20,613 bases of DNA from Octopus sinensis (GCF_006345805.1 NW_021823936.1:1-20613), one strand, 5' to 3'. Positions 1 through 9,431 are shown, counted from the stretch's first letter. Notes: generated by a model from the sequence alone, not told the origin. Numbers and translations: made by a program.

Positions 1-131
1 GGCCAGCACCAAGGAAAATCTAAGCTAAGTGCATATAATATATATATGTGGGGAAAAACACAGACACACAAACGACACACAAACACACACCACACACACC
101 ACAACACACACACACACACACATACACACAC

Positions 132-302
132 ACGACGGGCTTCTTTCAAATTCACGTCTACCAAATTCACTCACAAAGCTTTGATCGGCCTTGTGAGGCT
201 ATATTAGAAGACACCTGCCCAAGGTGCCACGCAGTGGGAATGAACCCGGAACCATGTGGTTGGTAAGCAAGCTTCTTGCCACTCAGCCACTCCTGCGCCT
301 AT
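132..302 (-). mobile_element. tRNA-derived SINE, family 1 (head and body)
   Basis: Minus strand reads GGCGCAGGAGTGGCTGAGTGG... with A-box-like TGGCTGAGTGG (279-289) and B-box-like GGTTCATTCCC (236-246). It runs into a (TG)n tract. Homologous copies lie at 4671, 6391, 8700 and 10380. Confidence 0.85.
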
Positions 303-456
303 TTACGTGGCATGGAAACAGATACATCCCAGTCAAGTGGCCAATAGATTTGAGGCAGGCGTTAACTTTTTAACGTATGTAAATATGTATATGTACATAC
401 ATACATTATGGCTGACCCCTCGTTATCGAGTATGGCCATTGTACGAAGCTTAACCG

Positions 457-771
457 TTATTGGTGCTGTGATCGAATGTGACTTTTTAGCCCAGCTAAAG
501 ATCTACAATGTCTTGTACAAAATTGACAACTAAAACCTTTACTGGTAATAGCCGGCTGTAGTTGTAACAGGGCTTCATGTACCTTTGCATGTCGTTTAAG
601 TCCTCCTGCCGAATTACACTCTCCTCCACATTCCCGATAGATATGATTAGTATGGCGTGTTACACCACCACCAGTGGCCAGGTTGTCACTCATCTGTCTC
701 GCTTTATGACTACGAAGATGACTCTTGAGTCCAGCTTTACTGAGGCAGGGTCTTGCACAGACATTGCATGT
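457..771 (-). pseudogene. LINE ORF2 C-terminus with three C2H2-type zinc fingers
   Basis: Open frame of 105 codons including the stop: TCNVCARPCLSKAGLKSHLRSH...YRECGGECNSAGGLKRHAKVH...FSCQFCTRHCRSLAGLKSHIRSQHQ*. Confidence 0.8.
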
Positions 772-1078
772 CTGGTGGTCATCTGGTCAGAATGAAGGAT
801 TCAAGGATGCCAAAACAACTCTTTTATGGAGAGTTAGCTAAAGGAGAACGACCTCCCCATAAACCAAAAAAGATGTATAAGGACTTGCTGAAGGCTTCCT
901 TAAGAGATGCTTGCATCTCTCCTGACACATGGAAAGGCATAGCTATTGATCGTAGCAGGTGGAGAAGGATTGTGCATGAGGGGACAGCCACTTTTGAGAA
1001 TCTCGAGTTGCACATGAGAAAGTAAGGAGGGGTGTCAGGAAGGACATCGCTGTTACACTTCCAGAAGGAAGGGTCTTC
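772..1078 (+). pseudogene. RTE LINE ORF2 post-RT segment (inverted piece)
   Basis: ORF 753..1025 translation matches the RTE motif. Restoring one base near 1003 extends it as FENLRVAHEKVRRGVRKDIAVTLPEGRVF. Confidence 0.85.
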
Positions 1079-1149
1079 CTTCGACATACATACATACATA
1101 CAAACATATATACATGCATATATTAGAAGGTTTGGAGATACATATAATA

Positions 1150-1197
<48 letters not shown>

Positions 1198-1199
1198 GA

Positions 1200-1630
1200 A
1201 AAAACAAGTAAAAAATAGAAAATGCTAAAATAATTTTATATGAACATTTCAGTACCGGTTTCGGTCATTTTGAGACCTTTTCAACTGTAACGATTAAATA
1301 TTAAATTTAGAAAAATTAGAAGAAAAGTTTTTTTAAAAGAATATTTCTATAGTAGTGTTCAGATTTAAGTGGCATTCTGCCTTTCTCTGACTCCCTTGTT
1401 TGCACTTGTGGTGTTCGAGGTAGTTGTGAGCTCTTGGGTAGGGTAGTAGAGAGAAGGCTGGTGAGGAAAGGGGGGTGGGAGAATCTGGGAGTGCCTGATG
1501 GTCGTATTTTGAATGGTCAGTGGCGGCTGGCAGTCTCAGTTCAATTCAGGAGAATATTTATATTGACAGGCTTCTTATAGAATTAGCGTAGGTGTTATAC
1601 TAAAAAACATTAGTGACAAACTTAAGGGGT
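1200..1630 (-). mobile_element. probable Penelope-like terminal-repeat remnant
   Basis: Contains a minimal hammerhead of the same type as the one downstream of the GIY-YIG remnant at 3698. No coding motif recognised. Confidence 0.4.
1250..1287 (-). ncRNA. minimal type I hammerhead ribozyme motif (U3-A8 variant)
   Basis: Minus strand: CAG-TTGAAAA-GGTC tcaaaat GACC-GAAA-CCGG-TA-CTG. Stem I is CAG/CTG, stem II GGTC/GACC, stem III the palindrome ACCGGT, cleavage triplet GUA. Confidence 0.65.
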
Positions 1631-1638
1631 AGGGGGTG

Positions 1639-1889
1639 GAGAAGAAGAAGAAGAAGAAGAAGAAGAAGAAGAAGAAGAAGGAGAAGGAGAAGGAGAAGAT
1701 GACGATGATGGTGATGGTGGTGATGATTATGACGACGATGATGATGATAACGATGATGATGAAGAAGAAGAAGAAGAAGAAGGAGGAGAAGGAGAAGATG
1801 GTGGTGATGATGGTGGCGATGATGATGATGCCGATGATGATGATAACGATGATGATGAAGAAGAAGAGGAAGAAGAAGAAGAAGAAAAA
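1639..1889. repeat. compound (GAA)n/(GAG)/(GAT)n trinucleotide array with about two higher-order units
   Basis: Alternating GAA and GAT blocks; both GAT blocks end in GATGATGATAACGATGATGATG. Confidence 0.95.
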
Positions 1890-2013
1890 CAGAGAAGGGA
1901 GAATATGAATGTAAATATAGCTATGAAGGGGCTGATTAGTAATGGATTCTATTGAGTGTAGTATTTGTGTGTGTATATTATTTTTTCTTTTATTCTAAAG
2001 TTGAGGTATATTA

Positions 2014-2019
<6 letters not shown>

Positions 2020-2048
<29 letters not shown>

Positions 2049-2161
2049 TTATATATATATATACATGCATACATACATACATACATACATACATACATAC
2101 ATACATACATAGATGCATACATACATACATACATACATACATACATACATACATTCATACA

Positions 2162-2193
<32 letters not shown>

Positions 2194-2200
2194 CACACAC
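2020..2200. repeat. (AT)n plus (ACAT)n microsatellite
   Basis: Read directly from the sequence. Confidence 0.95.
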
Positions 2201-2217
2201 ACAAGCACACATAAATA

Positions 2218-2690
2218 CTGGGTGTTCAGGCCTAAATTGGCAAGTTTCATAAAAGACAAATATCACATTTCAAAATAAAAGTATTTTGATAAAATCTTTA
2301 AATATCAACTTGATTTATGGCTGGGTGTTAATAGTTTGTTCAGGGTAGCTGCCCTAAGTTTCCCTCGCGGCCTCAAAACGGTTGTGGAACCTGGCGCATG
2401 CGTTCTTCACTCTGTCCCTGGGAAGGTTTTCGATCTTGGCTAACAGCTCAGCCTCAGTGTTACAAGCAGAATCTACCCCACATATAGCAACCCATGAGAT
2501 TACGAAAGGGGATATCAGGAAGCCAGAAATTGGGGCTGGTGAAGTTGGAAAAATTTTCTTTCAGCTTATGACCCAGCCAAATCTCGCTGTCACACATATG
2601 GCCCTCCAGCAGCAACCGTCTCAATCCAGGCTTGGTCTATAATCTCCAGTAGCTTCATATAGCCGTCTTAATTGAGTCTAAAGCCCACCC
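2218..2690 (-). mobile_element. Tc1/mariner (maT/DD37D-like) 3' transposase relic with one terminal end
   Basis: Frameshifted minus-strand translation: ...PWIETVAAGGPYV*QRD...LKENFSNFTSPNFWLPDIPFRNLMGCYMWG, resembling PYVWQQDSAP...FWPPNSPDxNPxDYYVWG. The terminus TA|CTGGGTGTTCAG is at 2216-2229. Catalytic spacing cannot be counted because of a deletion. Confidence 0.75.
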
Positions 2691-2777
2691 TTTAGTCAAA
2701 GAAATCGACCCTTGGACGTATTCCCTGTAAGTCAGTGCTTATTCCATCAGAATGGTGGGGGACAAACACAGACATAA

Positions 2778-2814
2778 ACACATACATACATACATACATA
2801 CATACATACATACA

Positions 2815-2845
<31 letters not shown>

Positions 2846-3022
2846 GTACGTACGTACATACATACATACATACATACATACATACGTACGTACGTACGTA
2901 CATACATACATACATACATACATACATACATACATACATACATACATACGTACATGCATACATACATACATACATACATACATACGTACATACATACATA
3001 CATACATACGTACATGCATACA

Positions 3023-3055
<33 letters not shown>
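2778..3055. repeat. (ACAT)n microsatellite with ACGT/ATGC variant units
   Basis: Read directly; 2941-2985 and 3001-3045 are identical, giving a 60-bp higher-order period. Confidence 0.95.
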
Positions 3056-3058
<3 letters not shown>

Positions 3059-3447
3059 CTCAAAATAAGCAACAAGAATGACTCCGGTAATTTGGTACAA
3101 TCGTTTCGTACTACATTATTTTATTAAATGTTGTAAGTATTATAGCAGATTGAAGATGCTGAGTACTCATCAGCCAATTATAGAGGTTTTCCATTAATCC
3201 AAAAGTTTTAAAATCAAGTGGCAACATTATAGAGAAGGTAGATATACAGACAAAGATGTAGATTTAAATTTAAATTATAATGTATATATATATATAAGGT
3301 TAGTTGGGTTCGAGATTAAAATAACCGTCTAAGGGATAAAAGTATCCAAAACACTATCGGTATATCATCTATATTTAAATATAGGCAAAAATCTTATGCT
3401 CATAAATTATAGGTAAAAAGCAAGGAGTTTATCAGGAATCAAAATTT

Positions 3448-3534
3448 AAAGAAAGCAGAAAATGGAGATAACATTTTAAATAATTGATGCAAATCAATTG
3501 TTGTTCATCAATGTTATCTCCATTTTCTGTGTTT

Positions 3535-3538
<4 letters not shown>
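3448..3538. repeat. fold-back inverted repeat: 20-bp perfect stem with a nested 7-bp hairpin
   Basis: CAGAAAATGGAGATAACATT (3456-3475) pairs with AATGTTATCTCCATTTTCTG (3510-3529). Inner hairpin AATTGAT-gcaa-ATCAATT at 3482-3499. Confidence 0.95.
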
Positions 3539-3586
<48 letters not shown>

Positions 3587-3639
3587 AATAGTAAAAGTGA
3601 AAAAAGGCTTGTTTTAAAAGGTTAAAAAAAATATATTTG

Positions 3640-4050
3640 AGTCAATATTTTTGAAGGATGTTATAAATTTTTTTCCTACAATGACATAGTTTTTGAAGAA
3701 ATGACCGTTTCGCGTTCAGCTTTTCAAATTTCTTACATCGTTATGTTTACGTTGAGAAGAGTTATCGTTATATTTATGTTGAAAAGAGTTCCAGATAAGG
3801 GGAGGTAATAAGTGATTTCTTCCGGTGTAAGGAAGATAATCGCTTAAAATTTCTTGCCTTTCTTTTGGAGTGAATTTCTCTGTGTAAGTATGTTGGAATG
3901 GTTAAGTTTGGGCTTGTATTTTTCAATGAAGAATGTTTCCTTGTTTAGTCTAATTTGTGTTGGTGTTCCGATTGCACATTGGTAAAATGGAAAGATTAAA
4001 AATTGTGGTAGTAGTTGCTTTGCGCATTCTCAATGTGCTCACTAAAGGTA
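3640..4050 (-). mobile_element. Penelope-like element 3' fragment (GIY-YIG C-terminus plus terminal repeat region)
   Basis: Minus strand from about 4020 to 3901 encodes [17 protein letters not shown]...[18 protein letters not shown], matching the RLxxExxxIxxxxPxLN end of GIY-YIG nucleases. A hammerhead motif follows about 170 nt downstream. Confidence 0.7.
3698..3732 (-). ncRNA. minimal type I hammerhead ribozyme motif (U3-A8 variant)
   Basis: Minus strand: GAAAT-TTGAAAA-GC tgaac GC-GAAA-CGG-TC-ATTTC. Perfect 5-bp stem I, 2-bp stem II, cleavage triplet GUC. Confidence 0.7.
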
Positions 4051-4188
4051 TCATTCTGTATTCTGGGAATGCAATCTTTGTCGATACAAATATATATATA
4101 CTTTTATACATACATATATATATATATACACATATATATATATTTTTATACACACACATACACACACACATATATATATATGTATATG

Positions 4189-4235
<47 letters not shown>

Positions 4236-4271
4236 TTTTATACATACATATATATATATATATTATATCAA

Positions 4272-4350
4272 ATGGGCTTCTTTTAGTGTTCGTCAACCAA
4301 ATTCGCTCACAAGGCTTTGGTGGTCGATTGTGGCTATAGTAGAAGAGACT
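4272..4350 (-). mobile_element. SINE family 1 internal fragment
   Basis: GGGCTTCTTT...CCAAATTCGCTCACAAGGCTTTGGT...GGCTATAGTAGAAGA aligns to 137-210 and 10385-10455. Confidence 0.7.
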
Positions 4351-4670
4351 CTTTAAAGTAAGAGCTGAATTCCGTGTAGCCACTGTTGACAAGTTTTCTC
4401 CCCCATCCATTTAGTAAGGGGTGTTACCCATTTTCTGGGCACTTTGCACAGCTGTACCCCGTTCGAAATTTGCATTAGTTTTTGTATGAAAAAAAGAGAA
4501 GGAAAAGAAGTGGGGCTTGTTTGTAGTTTGTAGGAAAAAACATGGTCTCTCCCTTCAACTAAAAGATATGACGAACTATGAAAGAAGGCGAATAAGTACC
4601 GGTGGGGGAAAGAAGAGAACTAACACTCGATCGTTCTAGAACTTCCAGGATCAAAACGTAAACACCTGAA

Positions 4671-4787
4671 AACACTTGGTCGGCGCGAGGATATGGAAGT
4701 AGACACTTAGCGAAGGTGCCATGCAGTAGGATTGAACCCAGAACCATGTGTTTGGGAAGCAAACTTCTTACCACACAGCCATTTCTG
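4671..4787 (-). mobile_element. SINE family 1 head
   Basis: Aligns to 132-302 and 6391-6552. Confidence 0.8.
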
Positions 4788-4970
4788 TGTACATATGTGT
4801 GCGTGCGTGTGTAGATTTACATAAATGTCTTTCCCTCTTGTTCATTGTTAAAAGTAAAGAAGCTAGAAAAGATCGATCGTATTTCAGCCTGTCATTGTAA
4901 TTGACTGATGTTTTCCTTTCTCTCTCTGTCTATATTGCTTCACTGCTTTTCTCTACGGTTAAGAGAGTGA

Positions 4971-5258
4971 AGCTGCGTGGCTCAGTAGTTAGGGGTATTC
5001 GGCCCATGATCATAAAGTCAAGAGTACGAATAACGGCAGCGCGCTGTGTTGTTGAGCAAGGTACTCTACTTCACCTTGCTGCAATCCTCTCAGCTTGCAA
5101 GAATGAGTTGTAGCTGTGTGAGACTGAATCTCCCTGAGAACTACATTGTGGTATGCATGTCTGTGGAGTACTCAACCACTTGCGCGTTAATTGTACGAGC
5201 AAACTGTTCCGTTGATCAGATTAACAGGAACCTTGTCGTCGTAACAGACGGAGTGCCA
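4971..5258 (+). mobile_element. tRNA-derived SINE, family 2
   Basis: A-box-like TGGCTCAGTAG at 4978 and a GTGTTGTTGAGCAAGGTACT central motif. Related to 5610-5685, 9965-10240 and 12325-12607. Confidence 0.7.
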
Positions 5259-5609
5259 TTTTAAAAAAGAAGTGAAAGAAAAGGAAATGTTCTATATTGT
5301 AAGGCAAAAATATCGTATTTAGAATAAGCAGTGAAAGCTAAGACGAAATAATTGCTATTCCATTGTGTAGTCGTCCTCGACTCACGCTCAGATTAATAAC
5401 AACAGCCTGCGCATCGGTGTTTATCTGGGGGCTTGGCTTCCAGATCTATGAGACCCACAAATGCCGCTGTCAGGACTGGATTAACACCTATAGTGACCCT
5501 AACGACTAAAAAGATTTTCTTGACCCTATATGGGATCTTATTTCGTTTTCTTCCAACCACTTGAAGGTTTATCTTGTTCCAGTCCACTCAGCTGTCATAT
5601 TTTGTGTGA

Positions 5610-5685
5610 GGTTGAATCTCCCTGAGAACTATGTTAATGGTATGCATTTCTGTCGAGTACTTAGCCACTTGCGAGTTAATTTTAT
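5610..5685 (+). mobile_element. SINE family 2 fragment
   Basis: TGAATCTCCCTGAGAACTA...GGTATGCAT.TCTGT.GAGTACT.A.CCACTTGCG.GTTAATT matches 5126-5192. Confidence 0.75.
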
Positions 5686-6291
5686 CCTCGAGTGGTAATG
5701 AAAAGTGAAAGTGACATCCAATATTTGCTGTAGTTATTTGTCTTTGATTTAACAATATCTATATATCTATGTATCAACTGTTTTTTCGATCTATGTATCT
5801 ACAGTCTCTATAAATTTTTCTCTTTCTCTCTCACTTCCTTTGTATCCCTCTTCTCTCCCGCTTTTAATTTAACAATGTGTGTACGTATCTATGTATCAAC
5901 TTTTCTTTCGATCTATGTATCTACTTTCCTTGCGGCGTGATAAACATTTAAAAACACAAAACGAAAGCCGTCACCACCCACTGAATCTCTCACTCTCTCT
6001 CCTCTCTTTCTCTCTCACTTCTCTCTGTGTGCATGTATGTATGTTTGAGTGCTTGTGAGCGTCTGTAGGCATGTATCTGTGTGTTTATATCTGTGCATGC
6101 GTGTGTGACACACACCACAGGTACAAAAACTAGTCGGCACATTAATATTATAGATGATAATAATCATAATAATACCAACAATAATAATAAATGATAACAA
6201 TGATAACAACAACAATAATGATAATGATAATAATTATTTATATATATATATATGTATGTCTGTGAATGTGTGTACGTGCGTATGTTGTGTG

Positions 6292-6333
<42 letters not shown>

Positions 6334-6390
6334 ACAGATATACACACATGCACACACATGCAAACACACACATGCACACGCACGCATATA

Positions 6391-6552
6391 TACGACCGGC
6401 TTCTTTCAGTTTCCGTCTTCCAAAACACTCACAAAGCTTTGGTCGGCACGAGGATGTCGCAGTAGATATTTGGCCAAGGTGTCTATGCAGTAGGATTGAA
6501 CCCAGAACCATGTGTTTGGGAAGCAAACTTCTTATCACACAGCCATGTCTGT
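6391..6552 (-). mobile_element. SINE family 1
   Basis: ACGACCGGCTTCTTTCAGTTTCCGTC...CACACAGCC aligns to 132-302. Confidence 0.85.
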
Positions 6553-7799
6553 GTACATGTGTGTGTATTTAGTTTTATACATAAATACATACATCAGAAG
6601 AGTAGCTAAGCTGGGGTAGAGGACCGGTCCAACCCAGTTGACGACGTTTTATGCTGTATAAACTTGTATGCGACTAGGAGCCTGCGGTCTCGATGATTAC
6701 AAACTCAAGGGCTACTTTGAGGCGGCGCACACAGTCTAGGTACTCCACTGACATGCCCTCTCGTGCATAATCACACACATGCATGCACACCACGCACGCA
6801 CGTTTGTTAAACACCACTGAATGCCACAACAGCAATCGTTATTTTAGTAAACTAATTTATTCTAGGATTTAGGTTTCGTTGATTTCCATTACGAGAATAA
6901 CTTAGGACCACTTTCTCTGTCACCCTTCTTCAAATCTCGTCGTCATCTCCCTCCTTCCTCCTCCTCCTCCTCCTCCGTTCCCTCCTCCTTGCCCTTCATC
7001 TTTTCCTCCTCGTCCTTTCCCTCCTTTTCCTCCTCCTCGTTGTCTTCCTCACCCTTTTTGTTTTCCTTTCTCTCTTTCTAAACCATTCTTACAGATAATG
7101 ATCATTCTATTTTTCAAAATGCTAATTTGATTATCATAAGTCCTAATCTGATTCATACGCATACACATACACGCACACACGAACAAATACACAGACACAC
7201 ATACACACACACACATACACACATGCATGCACAGATATAAACACACAGATACATACATACAGACGCTCAGAAGCATTCAAACATACATACATGCACACAC
7301 ATTCTCTCCCATACATATATACTCTTAACACACACAAACACACACTCGCACACACGCATACACAAACACACACAAATATGCGCGCGCGTGCACAAAAACA
7401 CACACACACACAAACACAAACATACATATATATGCATACACGCTGGCACAAAGAAAAGCCATACATATACACACATATATATGCACAAACCTGTATACAC
7501 ACAAATACATATGCACGCACACAGTTACCTATATCTGTCTATTAATCTCTCTCTGTCACTTCTATCGATATCTATGTACATTTTTAAATGCAGACAGTCA
7601 TTGAGAAAATGCCTGTCTGCACAGCTGTTATGGACATGCGCATGTATACATACTGACACACATATATATATAGCTAAGTACAGCAATTGGTTAGAAAGAA
7701 TAATCTTTCTTGGACCTGTGATTGATATGTGTCGTCCCACTTTAAAGAATATATTCTTGGCTCTTTTAGGAACAAAAATAGCTCTTAACTAGTACATTC

Positions 7800-8372
7800 T
7801 TTTCTACTCTAGGCACAAAGCCCGAAATTTTTTGGGAGGGTGTCAGTCGATTAGATCGACCCCAGTACGCATTTTATCGACCCTGAAAGTATGAAAAGCA
7901 AAGTCGACCTCGGCGTGATTTGAACTCAGAACGTAAAGACAGACGAAATACCTATTTCTTTACTACCCACAAGGGTCTAAACACAGAGGAAACAAACAAG
8001 GATAGACAGACGGATTAAGTCGATTACATCAGCCCCAGTGCGTAACTGGTACTTATTTAATCGACCCCGAAAGGATGAAAGGCAAAGTCGACCTCGGCGG
8101 TATTTGAACTCAGACGAAATACGGCTACGCATTTCTGCCTCTCGCTACCTTTTTTTAACCACTATATTCTAGGCACAAGACCCGAAATTTTGGGGGAGAG
8201 TACTAGTCGATTAGATCGACTCCAGTACGCAACTGGTACTTAATTTATCGATCCCGAAAGAATGAAAGACAAAGCTGACCTCGGCGGAATTTGAACTCAG
8301 AACGTAAAGACAGACGAAATACGGCTAAGCATTTCACCCGGCATACTAACGTTTTTGCCAGCTCGTCGCCTT
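7800..8372 (-). mobile_element. cluster of three tRNA-derived SINE units, family 3 (MetaSINE-like core)
   Basis: ATCGACCC(T/C)GAAAG.ATGAAAG.CAAAG..GACCTCGGCG..ATTTGAACTCAGA occurs three times (about 7876, 8060, 8248). The minus strand has B-box GAGTTCAAAT and a GCCTTTCATCCTTTCGGGGTCGAT core. The MetaSINE similarity is from memory. Confidence 0.85.
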
Positions 8373-8509
8373 CTCTTTACTATATTACAATAGAAAATGC
8401 TGATTGCACTTTACCAGAAGGTATCAAGTAGAACTTCAAGAGTTTCCAAACAATAACAGCAACGTACCACTTTCGCATGGGATATGATATTACTACTATA
8501 TAATATACC

Positions 8510-8636
8510 TTCTTTTACTTGATTCAGTCATTGGACTACTGCCATGCTGGAGCACCGCCTTAAAGGGTTTAGTAAAACAAATCAACACTAGTTGTCAAAC
8601 GGTGGGTGGGACATACATACACATAAACTCAGGCGT

Positions 8637-8678
<42 letters not shown>

Positions 8679-8835
8679 GTACACATACGTACACGCACGT
8701 ACACACACACATACGACAAGATTCCAAACGGTTTCCGTTTACCAAATTGACTCACAAGGCATTGGTCGGTCCGGCGGGTTATACAAGCTGACATTTGCCC
8801 ACTATTCCACATAACGGAACAGACACCGAAAGCAT
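8510..8835 (-). mobile_element. degraded SINE family 1 copy with 3' tail and internal (TG)n
   Basis: Tail CTTTTACTTGATTCAGTCATTGGACTACTGCCATGCTGGAGCACCGCC is the reverse complement of the 10745-10780-type tail. Body 8712-8830 aligns to 132-302. Confidence 0.7.
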
Positions 8836-9146
8836 GTGCTTACAAATTCTACCTACAAGTGATGCTTGCGTTTTACGTTACCAAAATTATTTACAAAAAT
8901 ATTGCCCAGATGGTCATATGCCGAACCAAAATATATCAACATCTTTAAGAATAAGAAATACTGGAACAGCGAACTCAACAGACCTGATATCATAGAGGTC
9001 AGCTGCTCACTGAGTGTGTATATATCTTGTCTAATGTTCTGGGTAAAAGCAAACATCTGTGGTGAACTCATGTGTAATTCATAACACTTCTAGTCAAATT
9101 ATAGGTCGTTATTAGTACCAATTATTATTGGTGAAGTAGTCTAGGG

Positions 9147-9431
9147 GATTGTTTCTCAAACTATCTGATGTGGCGCACTGACAGTTTTTTTCTGCAAAGT
9201 GCCAGAGATCGGTAATATTTCTTAGTAGTAATAATTTTTACCGGAAGCAATATATATAATGAATATAATAAAAGTTGAGAATGTTTTAAATATTTATTTT
9301 GTAAACAAATAATACAATATTACATAAGAATTTTATAATGTTTCTTTCTTTTCTGGAAACACGCCGCGTACCAGCAGCTGATGACTCGTAGACCGGCACC
9401 AGTCTATGGATCACCACTTTGAGTAGCTCTG
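9147..9431. mobile_element. non-autonomous hAT (Buster/Charlie-type) MITE
   Basis: Perfect 8-bp TSD GTCTAGGG at 9139-9146 and 9432-9439, matching the nTCTAGAn-type target. Degenerate TIRs GATTGTTTCTCAAACT and CAGAGCTACTCAAAGT (10 of 16 matches). Confidence 0.8.

Larger units (their letters stand above)
407..1078. mobile_element. RTE-clade LINE 3' fragment with inverted upstream half
   Basis: 772-1078 (+) encodes GHLVRMKDSRMPKQLFYGEL...WKGIAIDRSRWRRIVHEG, the RTE ORF2 C-terminal motif. 771-457 (-) encodes the continuation with C2H2 fingers, then a short 3' UTR and an (ATGT)n tail near 391-406. Confidence 0.85.

Noticed and set aside
457-693. Stand-alone host C2H2 zinc-finger gene
   Set aside because: The frame joins RTE ORF2 sequence and is followed by a LINE-like 3' UTR and repeat tail.
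3322-3362. Hammerhead-like GGATA-aaag-TATCC stem
   Set aside because: Flanks read GTCTAAG and AAAA rather than CUGANGA and GAAA, so the core is absent.
5465-5540. CAGGACTGGATTAACACC as a DNA-transposon terminus
   Set aside because: No partner TIR or TSD found.
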